NCBI RefSeq assembly: GCF_009914755.1
Contig: NC_060941.1
Source of the DNA: the human T2T-CHM13v2.0 reference genome, Homo sapiens
Length of the DNA stretch: 64,000 nt
Reading direction: 5' to 3' (one strand)
In this document: piece after piece, positions 29,022-44,830 of the stretch
How the letters are laid out: each line of letters starts with the position of its first letter
How positions within the stretch are numbered: position 1 is the first letter of the stretch
The notes under the pieces: generated by a model
Told to the model about the DNA's origin: nothing
What the model saw: only the letters and a program-made list of their open reading frames with translations
Database searches by the model: none
Made by a program: the position numbers and the translations under genes

Positions 29022-29192
29022 TGGCTGGCTACTCAGTGTGTGGTCCATGGAAGAGCTGCACGGGCATCACCTGGGGAGCTTGTAAGAAATGCAGCATCTC
29101 ACGCCCCACCCCAAGCCCCTCAGTCAGAATCTGAATTTTAGCAAGACTCCTGGGGGGATTTGTATCCACAGTACAGGTTTGAGAGATGCTGG
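29022..29192. mobile_element. MER5A1 MITE
   Basis: gcatcacctggggagcttgtaagaaatgcag...tcagaatctgaattttagcaaga. Confidence 0.8.
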
Positions 29193-29349
29193 TCTATCCC
29201 ACTCTGAGACCCACCCATCCTGTATTGATCTTCCCCAGGCACCAACGGTGGAGGCTCCTTAGGGCATGGAGTCTTCTGGGTCACCCCACCCATTTCTAAA
29301 GCATCTGGCCATTCACCAAGAAAGGTCCTCTCAATGGTTCCATATCTTC

Positions 29350-29659
29350 TGATGCAACTCCATTCCCCAGCAGATCAGTCCTCCACTCACCGCTCTGCTG
29401 GGGCTTCAGGAACTGTCCTGTGGTGTCTGGTTGGATCCAGCCGATGGGAGGCAGGAAGAGAGAAATGCTGGGGAATGTATTCCTGACTCTCTCCCTAAAG
29501 GGCTTCAAACTGAAGCCCCTTCAATTGCTCTGCTCTTCTCCTTCTGCTCACATCTGCTGGGCACCCCCCTCCAAGGCTAAGCTCTATGCTGAGCTCTATT
29601 AACCTGGCTCCCTCCTCTTGCCTGGTCAGGCCTAAGAGGCACAGCGGCTTCCTGGCTAC
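29350..29659 (-). mobile_element. LTR33-like ERVL LTR fragment
   Basis: tctggttggatccagccgatgggaggcagg...ggggaatgtattcct. Confidence 0.5.
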
Positions 29660-30147
29660 TGTTTAGCAGATGCATCTGATGGGAATAACTTGATCACACC
29701 TCAAGAATGAGCCCGTATGGCAGGTGCACCTGAATGCACGCTCTGAATTCCGAGCTAAGGAATCCATGAGGGGCCAACCCAGAGAGTCATTCCTTATCTA
29801 TGAGGAACATCTGAGCCCCCAGCCAGTCTGTGGAACACAGGCCATACAGGGGATCAAGGCCCATGGTTTTGGGTTAAGTGAAGGTGCCCAGGTGGAGATG
29901 GTTAGGGGAGGGTGCTAAGTAAAAATGCCATGTAAACTGCATGCTTTTGTAACCAGTGATGGTTCTCCCACCCAGCCCACAGCCACGGAGCTGTGCTTCA
30001 TCCTGTTGGGCTCACTGCCGCTGAACCCTCCCCTGCATGTAAGCCCCCAGCAAAGCCCCATGTCTCATCTGCTGGCTCTGGGTCTCTTCTTTGGTCTCCT
30101 GAACCTGGTGCCATCCCCATTGGAATTAATAGGGATTCAGCACAACA
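29660..30147 (+). mobile_element. ERVL solo LTR (MER54/LTR47-like)
   Basis: TG...CA termini; perfect 5-bp TSD GCTAC at 29655-29659 and 30148-30152. Confidence 0.88.
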
Positions 30148-30214
30148 GCTACTCCCTGGATGTCTCATTCTCCTCGTTTCCCTCAGCCCTGCTGTCGAAT
30201 GGGTTTTACTACTT

Positions 30215-31080
<866 letters not shown>

Positions 31081-31295
31081 TCCCTAGACTTCTAAAATCA
31101 TCCTCTTACTAAACTTTTCTGTTAAGCCTTTGAATGTGCCAGCTGCTTCCTGCAGGGCCCTCACTAAATCAAAAGGCAGCCTATGCTTACCTTTGACCCT
31201 GTTCTCTCCTCCCCAAGAGTGTACCTGGATTTTCTTCACCTGGGCCCTGGGCTTGGTCATTAACTACACCTGAAACAGAACTCGAGTCTCTCTAG

Positions 31296-31746
<451 letters not shown>

Positions 31747-32344
31747 TAGTAAAAGGCAAGAGGTCAGAATAGGAACATCAAGTCTTCTCTGATCCCCCGA
31801 GAAAGCGGGTCATCGTCCCTCCTCTGCCTCCCGTCCATGCCTGAACTCTGTGACCGAGGGCAGGAGTCAAGAATGTGCTGTGCATGCTCCTTGGAGCTCA
31901 GAGGCAATGATGATCAGATTCAATAATTATTAGTGATCTGCATATTCTCTACGGCAGATGAAATAACTGTACAGAAGAGCGGGCGGAAGGGAGAAAACCG
32001 TAAATGCCTTTCTCTTTCAGCATTAAAACAGCAACGCTATAAAGCTTGCTGCAATTAATTAGCACTCTTATTAGCACCTTTATCTACCCATCCCCACACA
32101 GTGTAAATGCCAGAGAGCATCAGGCAGCTCTGAGCCCAGGGGCCTGGGCAGGGCTCGGGAGGGAGGGGCCTTCCTGAGTTCCCACGCTAGGGGCTGGGAG
32201 GATGTGTGTGTGTTGCCTAGAGATAGCTGCACCTCCATAGACCAGAAGACTGAATCTCCTGGGCACTGAGCCAGTGGGAGTAACCCAGGGAATCTTGTGT
32301 GTGCAAAGAAATGCCAACTGCCAAGTAGCCAGGGAGAAAGAGTG

Positions 32345-32372
32345 ACACACACACACACACACACACACACAC
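32345..32372 (+). repeat. (AC)14 microsatellite
   Basis: Read directly. Confidence 0.98.
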
Positions 32373-32530
32373 CTCCTAAAGTATCCACGCTCCAAGACTC
32401 ATTGCCCAGGCCGGCTTCCTGATCATGTGACCAATGCAGTGTCACCCAGGGTCTGCAGTCAGAGGGGGCCCCATGCTTGGAGTTTGATCCTCTGAAGTCA
32501 CCTTCTTAAAACTTGATAATTTTATCTTTA

Positions 32531-33165
<635 letters not shown>

Positions 33166-33552
33166 CTATCTATCTTTGAACTCGTGATTAGTAAGCGAAG
33201 TCAATGGGACAGTGGAGCATTCTTGGGGGCTTGGGGCCCCTGGGTGGGGGCCCCTCCCTCTGTTTCCACACCTCCCTGGGATGATTCTCAGCTGCTAACT
33301 CCACCTCCTCCAGCAACTGCTGCTGCCCTGCCATCCCCCTGTGGCAAACTGGGGTGCCAGAGGGTCATTGCGGAGGTGTGTACCCCATGGACCAAATTGT
33401 GAAGTGGGGCCCCAAGCATCTGTGGGCATCTGCAGTCACCCCACAGATATCCCCATACTGAAGGAGGGAAACTTACAACAAATATAAACATCATGATGGG
33501 TAGAAGAGAAAGACAGTAAGAGAAAGGAACAAGCTTTTTTTTTCCTTTTTGA

Positions 33553-33915
<363 letters not shown>

Positions 33916-34520
33916 CCATTTTAAATTGGGCTCTACCAACTATGTAGCTGAGCCTGCCCACTGCTTTCAGGGCAGGTTTGGGGGTGCTTCACAGGGCTCC
34001 CCCAGCCCTCTGATCAGCTGTGACTACTACGTTCAATCATTTGACAGACACATCGAACCCTGCTATGTGCAAGGCTCTGGATGAGGTGATATGGGGGATG
34101 GAGGGATGGAAGTCACATACCCCTGAAAAAACCACAACCTCAGGGCTCGATTGCTCCCTCTCTGCAACTGTGCATGTGTTTTTAAATAATAAATGTAGAG
34201 AAAGAGATACTCATGCCAATGTCTCAAGCCTAAGCCCTGGCTGACATCTACTTAGCTGGGGAGGTGAGGAGAGAGTGACCCAGTGGGGGCAACTTGGTAG
34301 CAGTTCAGACCCAGCAGGATCAGCCTGGTCCTTAAGTGTAGAGTAGTTCAGTGGTGCTGCCCTGAGGTGGTTAAATATAAAAGAGCTAAATCAGAGCTAG
34401 TTAAGTTCCTGGTTCTGCTACTTACTATGTAACTTTTCGAGTTTATTAAAGTCTCAGCTTTTACTTTTCTCTGCCCTTGAATCAAGCAAACAAAAAATGT
34501 GGATTAAACAACATAGAATG

Positions 34521-34822
34521 GGCCGGGCATGGTGGCTTATGCCTGTCATCCCAGTACTTTGGGAGGCTGAGGCAGGCAGATCACCTGAGGTCAGGAGTTC
34601 GAGACCAGCCTGGCCAACATGGCGAAACCCCTTCTCTACTGAAAATATAAAAATTAGCCTGTTGTGGTGGCAGGAGCCTGTAATCCCAGCTACTCAGGAA
34701 GCTGCACCAGGAAAATGGCTTGAACCCAGGAGGTAGAGGTTGCATTGAGCTGAGATCACACCACTGCACTTCAGCCTGGGCGACAGAGGGAGATTCTGTC
34801 TCAAAAAAAAAAAAAAAAAAAA
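34521..34822 (+). mobile_element. Alu (AluSx-like)
   Basis: Full dimer; TSD ending TAGAATG. Confidence 0.96.
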
Positions 34823-35756
34823 AATGTAGAATGTCCATTAGCAGGTGTGCAGAAGCAGGAAGAGTGAGGGATGAGGAGAAGCCAACAGAGAGTGCATCAA
34901 ATAGCATCCCTGCTGTGGCAACTGACCTCAGTTCTGCTGGGGAACCAGGCAGCATGGGCCTCGGAATCGCCCCCCAGAAGATCAGGAGGCTGAGACATTC
35001 ATCCACCACCTCCCACCCCCAAGGATGTCAGCTCCCCTGCATTTCTGGGCTGCCATGCACTCCAGGTGGCAACCCCAGCAGCTGGAGGAAAAATCCAGAA
35101 TATAAAAGGAAAGCACGCGATGGTGCCAGCCGTGGGAGCTTGTGAGTGTACCTGGACACTGCCCACCACAGCTAGGGCTGAAATTCCAAGTCAGCTGGAG
35201 GATATGACACAGGACACCAAACCATCTGCTTCCAAGGCCCAGCTATGACAGGGAGCTGGCCGGCGGGTGGGGCCCAGGCCTCCTCAGGGTGGTTACATAC
35301 AACAGGATGGAGGCGAGAGGTTGCAGCAGGGCAGGCAAGAGCCAGCACTCACCAGTGGAGAGGAGGAGCCCACGCCTGTCCTAGAGCGAGCCCCGGCACC
35401 AACTCCAGCAACATCATCCTCAGGTTTTCCAGAGCCTGGTGTTCAGGCCCCTCCTTGGAACACCTGTGGGGACTGGGAGGGCAGCCCAGCAAGGCCCCAC
35501 TGATCAACGCGGAGACTTCCCTGCTGGGTCTAGTTGATTTTCACCCAGCTTTCTGGGAGTAGAGCTGTTCCCAGAGCTTCCCTAAGCTTGTGCCCAGATG
35601 GCAAATCATGATCCTGCGAAACAGAAGGAGAAATGGTGCGCACATGTGAGCAGGTGAATGGATGCGGGGCCGAGGAGCCTTGCCTGAGTGCAGGACGGCT
35701 GGGCTCCACCCTCAGCTCTGCCCCCACCACGCTGTGTGATGTCCCAAGAGCTTGTG

Positions 35757-35950
35757 ACAAGAGCTAACACTGATTGAGCACTCACTCTTTGCCAGGCACT
35801 ACCCTGGGCGCCTTACAAGGGCGAATCCATTTAATCTCTGCGTCGTCTCTACCCCCACTTTACAGATTAGCAGCCTGCAGAATAGAGACGTTAATTGGTT
35901 TGCCTAAGGGGACAGCTGGGATCCAGAGCCCTGTCTGATGCAAAGGCACA
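35757..35950 (-). mobile_element. MIR
   Basis: gctaacactgattgagcactcact..tgccaggcact...ccccactttacagat. Confidence 0.75.
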
Positions 35951-37294
35951 TTCTTCTCTGTAAAATGGGCCCAAAGACCTCTGCTCTGATAACTGCACTG
36001 GGCTTTGGCCTTTAGTGAAATCAGCAAGTGGAAAGTGATTGGAAAGGAGAACGCAGACCACACCACACAGGCAAAGAACCACAGTGTGTGCTGACAATGG
36101 AGTTCCGCCTGAGCAGAAAGAGAATGGAAAGCGAGAAATGGAAGACAAACCTCAGCAGACTTCCAGGCATTGGGTTCCTGGCTTGCTCCTCCACCACCAG
36201 CTACTGTCACCAACCTAAGTCTAAGAGTCCATCACCTCCCATTCTCACCCCAGGGGAGATGGAACCAGTGGGCACAGCTGGTGGAGAAGGGCACTGATGG
36301 TGAGTACAGCCCATCAGAAGGCATTCCCCGGGGGATCCACAGCCACATTCCCCAGGCTTCTGAACCAGGACGCCCCAGAAGTTACAGTATGTGGCTTGTA
36401 CGCTGACGACAGTGGTGATACAATGACAACAGGCCTGCAGACATCCACGGCTCTCCTGCCTGCCCAGCCCTGGAAGCCAGCCTCAGAGCCGGCTCATTCA
36501 GAATGGCCATGCCCTCCTAGGAGAAACACCTTCCTCTCTCTGTCCCTGCATGGGGTAAAAGGATCCAAACCCCCTAACAAAGATAGTTCCTGGGCCTGGC
36601 TGCACCCAAGCCCTAGCCAAACCCAGAGGCCGCCCGGGACCATTTTTTAATTCTTTTGCAATCAGCACTTTCCTTTCTTCATTTGCTGGTTGAATAATGC
36701 AGCCTGTAAGAAAAGGGCCCTCAGCACAATTCTGGTGCTCGTTTACAATGGAAATTGGGAAAACGGCGAAACGCGTACTGCAAAATGCATTTAAAAGAAG
36801 ATGATTCAATTGGATTTGGCAGCTCCGATATTCAGGACCAGAAGGAGAAAATCTGTCTATGATTTGAACATGTATAATTAAGAAGAAAGCCTTAAGTACC
36901 GGGTGCATTTCTTAAGATGTCACCGGCTCTGTTGACTCCAGGCGTTTTGATCAGTGGTGTAGAGCATTTATTTCTGAAATCTGAATAGCTATGAGTGAGG
37001 CGCCTTTTTAAAACCAGCACTATGGAGCCAAGCCCTGACATGGCACAGCTCGTCAAATGGGGTGAAGGTAGAAGGAGCAAGGAGGGAGAGCAAAGGCCCC
37101 TCTGGACCCAGCTCTGATCCTCCCCCAGGGTGTACCCCCAAACCTTGCAGACCGAGGTTCAGGCAAAATTAGATCCATTTGGTGTGTCCTATTTTGGTTC
37201 TTCTGCTGCTGCCAATGGAAGTGCCAGCGCCCTGGGAACCGTTCCATCCTGAAAACAGAGAGCTTGCTTTGAATGTTGGAAATGTTTTAAAAAG

Positions 37295-37551
37295 GCAACT
37301 AGTATTGTGGAAAAAGCCATGCAGTGGTTACCAGAGGAAGGAGGCTCAAACCCCATCTCCACCCTGGCTAATTGTGGGAGCTTGGGCAGGTTACTTAGCC
37401 TCCCCCAGTCTCAGCATCCTCATCTCTAAAATGGTCTAAGTAATAGACTCTCCCTCATAAGACAGAACAATTAGACGAGGTTATCCGTACAAATCCCAGT
37501 ATCTGACACGTGAGCAGTGCCCACTGTACGTGATTTATCGTTCTTATTATT
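37295..37551 (+). mobile_element. MIR
   Basis: cttgggcaggttacttagcctccccagtctcagcatcctcatctctaaaatgg. Confidence 0.8.
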
Positions 37552-37676
37552 CTCTTCAGCCCTCTCTCAAGCCACCCAAAATAACTGCATGAGCCCAACT
37601 CAGCTCACTCTCTGGGCCCTCCGAGAGTCTGCGTGGAAAGCAGGATGTCATGAAAAACCTCACTTGCAGTGCGAGA

Positions 37677-37827
37677 TGACTCAGTGAGGGAGTTGCTGGC
37701 AGCCCAAAGCCTTCTCCATGGAGAGCTGGAGGCTTCGCAGGAATGACTCACAGGTGGCACAGTGGGACAGAAACCTGAGGCTGAGATGAGTCACATGACA
37801 ATAGCTGTCATATGGCTTGTTGGCTCA
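37677..37827. promoter_or_regulatory. AP-1 motif cluster (candidate enhancer)
   Basis: TGACTCA at 37677 and 37744, TGAGTCA at 37787, near-match TGGCTCA at 37821. Confidence 0.55.
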
Positions 37828-38829
37828 TCATCCTAAGCAGGACTGGAATCTTCTGAGATTTCTAGGGTCCCCTCTCTTTTCTCTTTCAGATGGGGAGAGG
37901 AAAGAGAAGGATGAGAAACTGGTGTGAGCCCTGGATGTTCTTCTTAGAGGCCTGGCCTACTCCAGGTAGAATGTGGCCAGACTGTGTTTGACAAAGCCAC
38001 CCCTTCCCTCCACTCCCTAAGCTGCCCGCACTTTTCTTGGGGAGGGGAGGCAGGGAGGAAGGATGGGGGGAAGTCCAGGGGAGGAAAAGGAAGAATCTTT
38101 CATGCAGGAAATAGTTGCAGGTTTCATAACCACACATTCAGGACACACCTGTTGCAAGACTAAGGAGGAACTGATGCTCAGTACTCCCATGATGTCCAGC
38201 GGATGGGAGGCTAACCTGGCTGGTGTGGGTCCCACAATGCCAGAGCTGTTGGCCAACCACCAGGCTCACCAAGCAAGAAGACCCTGCAACAGGAATCAGA
38301 AGTCAAAGTGCACCCAGCCATGGACAAATGGGTGATACCAGGAGGGTCCCAGAGGTCACAGCCTGCTGGCAGGCTCTAGGGTTCCCAATGACCTCCATCA
38401 GATATGGGGGGCATCACCTGGCCTTCAGCAATGGACTGCTCCAAGGCCCCTGAGTGACCACACTCCCTGGGGCTCTGGCCAGTACCTCTCTACACATACA
38501 GGCAGCCCACCCTGTAGATGTACCCAGCCCTGATTCCCAAGGCCAGCAGCACGGCACCGTGTGACCCAAAGATTCTAGCCACCTGGTTCCTAGTGAGAAG
38601 CCACAGCCCCAAGTGGTCTGCTCATGTATCAGGGAAGAACTCCTTGCCAGCAAGAGTTACAGCTGGAAACATCAGGCACAGTCTCAGGCCAGTTCTGCAC
38701 AGGTGGGGAAACTGAGGCTGGCCTTGGCTCAGCAGAGAGCTAAGGCACAGTGAGAATCCAACACTACCGTCATGCCTAGTTCTGGACCAGACCATCGGGC
38801 CACGCTGCCTGCCTGGATGCCAGGGTGTT

Positions 38830-39008
38830 GGAGTTAATGTAGATGGCTTCAAGTCCTCCAGCTCTACCCCTTGCCAGCTGTGCAGCCTTTGGAAAGTTAC
38901 TTAGTTTCTCTTTGCTTCTGTTTCATCACCTGTAAATGGGGCCAAAGTGCTTTCCTCAGAGGTGTGCCAAGAATCTGGCCTGGCAGAGCAGGTACTAAGT
39001 AAATATTC
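38830..39008 (+). mobile_element. MIR
   Basis: agctgtgcagcctttggaaagttacttag...tttcatcacctgtaaatgggg...cctggcagagcaggtactaagtaaat. Confidence 0.75.
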
Positions 39009-39010
39009 AC

Positions 39011-39325
<315 letters not shown>

Positions 39326-39599
39326 CCCCTTTTATTTTCTGAGTTTTTCACTGGTCCCATCTGCTTCCCTCTCCTTCCTCAAAGCTGCTTAAAGCTCAGC
39401 AACAGCCCTGCCTCTGAGATGGCTCAGCCTTTAGTGCCACGCATGCTCAGTGATACCCCCGTGAGTCTGACGGTGAGGACTTCGGCAATTGCATCTGACC
39501 TGGAGGTAAAGCCCAGAAATATAGGCAAGGAAATGCTCTGTGAATATTAAGGAAGGTCCAATAACTTCATCCCCTAAAAGACGTAAGAAGAGGCCCTTG

Positions 39600-40315
39600 G
39601 GTTTGCCACTTGACTGGGACTCACATCTCTGCCCCCTTTTGGCTGGGAATGAGTATGTGGCCAGTCTGGTCCATGAGACCCAAGGAATCTGTTGAAAGTC
39701 TACAGAAATGAACTGTCCTGCCTCATTTAAAAGAGCGAGGGAGAGAGTGAGAGAAGGGAGGCAAGGGGCAGCCCTTGCTGCCCCTGGCTATCTGTGCACA
39801 TGGATGGGTGAAGACAGAGGCTTGGGGCTGCTGCCGCCATCTTTTTTTTTTTTTTTTGAGACGGATCTCGCTCTGTCGCCCAGGCTGGAGTGGCACGATC
39901 TCGGCTCACTGCAACCTCCACCTCCCAGGTTCAAGCAATTCTTTGCCTCAGCCTCCCAAATAGCTGGGATTACAGGCACATGCCACCATGTCTGGCTAGT
40001 TTTTGTATTTTCAGCAGAGATGGGGTTTCACCATCTTGGCCAGGCTGGTCTCAAACTCTTGACCTCATGATCCACCTGCCTCAGCCTCCCAAAGTGCTGG
40101 GATTACAGGTGTGAGCCACCGCACCTGGCTTGTTGCTATCTTTTAATGCAAAGGGAAGACTGAGAAAACTGCAAAGAGGCCGGCCAGAGCCCTGGCATCA
40201 CCACACTGCTGAAGCCACCCCAGAGCACTCGCCTCCAGAGTCTTGTGTGAGGAAATAAATGATTTAAGTCCGTTCTAGCTGTATGTTGTTACTTGCAGCA
40301 GAGCACACCCCCTTT
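39600..40315 (+). mobile_element. MLT1I/J-like LTR split by an Alu
   Basis: ggctgctgccgccatctt...cgcctccagagtcttgtgtgag..aataaat...tgttacttgcagcagagcacac. Confidence 0.6.
39842..40130 (-). mobile_element. Alu (AluS)
   Basis: TSD TG(C/T)(C/T)GC(C/T)ATCTTTTT. Confidence 0.96.
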
Positions 40316-41379
40316 CCAAGCCCTAACGGGCACAGCTATCAAGTCAAGAGAGGAATACTGCCAGCGTTGGAAGGTTGCCATGAGAAGGTTCACATGACAC
40401 CTGTGAATTGTGCAGCAGTGTGCAGCATGCAAAGGACGCCCACAACACGTGGCCCCTCTTCTCTTTAGCCAAACCTAAACTTCATGCCTCCAAAACCAAC
40501 TAGTCCTATGAGGCAAAAAGGGCTCTTTCCGGAGCCCAGCCCAGGCGCCGAGGCAGCCACCCAGTGGCTGGGATTTAGAAGAAGCCTCACTGACTCAGCA
40601 GCAACAGAGCTTCTGCCTCCAGGCTCCGAATGCCACTGCCTGCCCAGAGGCCCAGGGAGACCGAGAGCAAACAAATGAGCTCTTCGAATGGCAGCGAAAG
40701 TGTCAAGGAAGTCAACCGCAGAGGCCATGAACATCTGACCCCTCCAGAAAGTGCTGGTGTGGAGAAATGCTAGTGCAGCTTCATTTTCAGCCTCTGATTT
40801 CATTAATAAGATAATGATGAGCCATTTAACTTTGCATCTGAAGAGTGAAGCAAATTACCTGTGTCTACATTGCTTAATGACGGAGGCACTAACAGGACCT
40901 TTGCCGCCTGCTGGAACCGAAACTGACCTATTGCAGGAGGCAATTTTATGCTCTTGGGTTTGCCACTTGACTGAAGCCATTCATCAGGCCGGGAACTCAC
41001 CACCCTCCCCAACACACACTCCACATTAGCTCCGTGTCCTCTGCTGCACGCTGCCCCTCTCCCTAACGGACGCAGGCTTTTTTAACCCAATGATCCTGCT
41101 ACCATTAGTTATTTCCCGGACATGAACCACTGGGCCCTCATTAGCCAACTCTCAGGTATCCAGGTGTGAATTTTCCACTTTGGCAATGTTTCCCCGGAGA
41201 AGTATTCATCTGAGCCAAGCCATGTCCTGGACTCCATCTTCCCATCAGCAGGAAATACCAACACCGCCCGTGGCCTTCTGAGCCAAAGATGATGAGAGAA
41301 ATCAAGACGCAGCCAACCACAGAAGTCTTCCAAAGGCCAGAGAGGCTCTTTTGGATTTTTCATTGTTTCAGGTCCATAG

Positions 41380-42085
<706 letters not shown>

Positions 42086-42192
42086 GGATGAGGCCCAAGG
42101 GTGTTCACTGAGCACCCACCTACCCTGAGCCAGGTACTTGAACATACATTATTTCAATTAATCTGCAGGAAAAACTGTGAGGTAAGTACTCC

Positions 42193-42493
42193 TTTTTTTT
42201 TTTTTTTTTGAGATGGAGTTTTGCTCTTGTCGCCCAGGCTGGAGTGCAATGGCATGATCTCGGCTCACTGAAACCTCCGCCTCCCAGGTTCAAGTGATCC
42301 TCTTGCCTCAGCCTCCTGAGTAGCTGGGATGCCAGGCATGCGCCACCATGCCCAGTTAATTTTTTGTATTTTTAGTAGAGACGGGGTTTCACCATGTTGG
42401 TCAGACTGGTCTTGAACTCCCAGCCTCTGGTGATCTGCCGGCCTCAGCCTCCCAAAGTGCTGGGATTACGGGCATGAGCCACCACACCCAGCC
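42193..42493 (-). mobile_element. Alu (AluSq-like) inserted in a MIR
   Basis: TSD GTA(A/G)GTACTCCT. Confidence 0.97.
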
Positions 42494-43499
42494 AGTAGGT
42501 ACTCCTCTATCTCCATTTTGGAGGTAAGAATAGGGCCATGCAGCTAGAAAAAGAAGGGATGGGCCAGGGACAGCCACGAGCACCATGGAGAGGCCATCCA
42601 CTCCATCATTCATTCGTTGGACAAGCATCTCCTGGAGCCCTTTCGCAGGACAGGGCACAGTGCTGGGTGCAATGGGGAAGCACATACAGCCCTGCACAGA
42701 GGGGGTTACAGTCGAGGACTGTGCTTCCACCTGCCCTGCAGGGTGAGCCCACTGGACTTTCTTGTACCTGAGGCTGAAGACGCCACATTTGGTGAGTGTG
42801 TGGCCCACATAAGGTGATCCTCCTGGTATGTGTAGGGAGAGAAAAGACTCAGCCTTCTGTAAGACCCTGGGGAATCGGCAGCAGGAAGCGCAAGAAAGGC
42901 GATCGGAGACGTGTTTTCTCAGCACATTTGTGCTCTGAAAACAATGAAATTGCAGGTTTCACTAGACAGACATGCCAGCCACTGCCTGCAAGTAAATATA
43001 GCGATCCCTGAGGCTTGCTGCCCTCCAACACCAAGTCTCTGTCGTTTGGACTTGGGCCACAAAACCACAGAGAGGATGGTGGGGGGAGTAGCAGGGGTCG
43101 GGAGGAGGAAGTGGTCTAGGCATCACTTCCTGGCTTTTTCCATCCCTGTTCCAGGCACATGGCCCTGAGGCTCACCAACCTGCTGGGGAAGATGGCACCC
43201 ACTTCATGGCCTGCCATTATCAGCCATACACACGCCTGGGGTCATCCTCTGACCGATACAGTGTAAGCAACAATTTGCTGGATGTATAGATTTCCAGGGG
43301 GAAGAGGCAGCAGTGGCTGTTGTCCCACAGCTCTGCCTAGGGGTGTGGGCTCCAGCGTTTTTGGCCTAGATCATAAGAGGGAATCCCTAAATAGAGGCTT
43401 TCAGGGTGGGGATGGAGAAGGCTCTGGCTCATTTCCTCCTGAGAGGCCCCCGGTAGAGCAGTCCACTGGGCTTCTGAAGGCTCCTCAGGAAAGTGCACA

Positions 43500-43575
43500 G
43501 TTTGTATTTGTTCTCAGCTCCTAGCCAAGTGCCTGGTTTAATAAGCAGCTTTTGAGCAATAATGAATGAATGAAA
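43500..43575 (+). mobile_element. L2 3' terminus
   Basis: cctagccaagtgcctgg...aatgaatgaatgaa. Confidence 0.55.
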
Positions 43576-43699
43576 GGAAGAAGGGAAAGAGAAAGACAAG
43601 GAGAGAGGGGGAGAGGGAGGGAGAGAAAGAGAAACCCCTAGAGGCAATCCTTTCTGAGTTTCTTAGTAAACAGAGAAAAATCTTAAGCTTACCAGCTGG

Positions 43700-43920
43700 A
43701 GAAGAGCAGGAATTTGGGGTTCCAGTGCCGAACCCCCATTCTACCACCTGTTAGCTGCACAAGTTACTTTACTTTTCATAGACTCGGTTTCCTTGTCTAT
43801 ACGACAAGGATATGGATACTTCTCTCTCAGGGTCTGGGGGAGGATTACATGAGATCATTTTAGACCTCAGCCTAATGCCCGGCATGGAATAACCGCCAAT
43901 CAAAAGTAGCTATTGCTGCT
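43700..43920 (+). mobile_element. MIR
   Basis: caagttacttt...ctcggtttccttgtctata...gaggattacatgagat...tgcccggcatgga. Confidence 0.65.
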
Positions 43921-44594
43921 GCTCTTCTGACTTTAGCAAAAGAGGCCTCCTGGTTCTGGCCTGAAAGCAGGGCAGGCCATGCCGTGGCCGGGACCCCCTG
44001 GTGAGAATGGACCCTCTTGGAGACTCTGACTTCATTCCTGCCCAAGCTGCAGGACAGCTGTCCCTGCTGGCAGCTCCATGTGCATCTGGAACTCTCTGAG
44101 CACCAGGCTTTGTGTGTGTCTGGATTAATTGCTTTCTCCACCCCCGCATCTCTGCCCACCTGCAAGTGGGAGGCTGAGGTGACTGGGGACCTGCAGGTTT
44201 TGGTGGAGCCCCTGGCCCCTCAGGCCTGAGCTTGAGGAGAGATGGAGAAGGACTTTATTAAGATGGATGTCAGAGCTCCAGTCGGCCCTCATCCTGCAGC
44301 TTACGCTAAATTATTAAACGTCGGCAAGGACGCCAGGGGCTTTGCCATTTGTTAACAGATGGCTCTCAACTGAATCTCTGTGCATCATCTTGATGTGATA
44401 TGTACAGGGGATTGGGCACAGCCCGGGGATGCAGCACTGGAGGAGGAAAAGGCATTGCGGACCCCCGTGGAGACTGCCCACCTTGTCCCTGCAAGCTCCT
44501 GTCGGGTTCACTCACCTGTGTCAGTTTTGCTTCTTGTCCCCCTGCTAAGGGGCTCTCTGAGTCCAGCGGGGCACCAGACCTGCCCAGAGCAGCA

Positions 44595-44830
44595 ACTGTA
44601 ATAATTAATGTTGCATGAGGGTCTACTTGGTGCTCAGCATTTCCCTCGCATTTCTTATTTAATCTCCACAGTGAGCCTGCAAGGGAGGTGTCATTCACAT
44701 CCCTTTATAAATGAGCACGTGGGACCCAGAGTGGCTTATTGCCCAGTGTTGCACACTCACTAAGTGACAGAGCCAGGGCTAAGATCCATGTCCCTCTGAC
44801 ATCTCCAGCCTAACCTCTCCACTGTGCTGC
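44595..44830 (-). mobile_element. MIR
   Basis: cttatttaatctccaca...tttataaatgag...gtgacagagccaggg. Confidence 0.65.
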
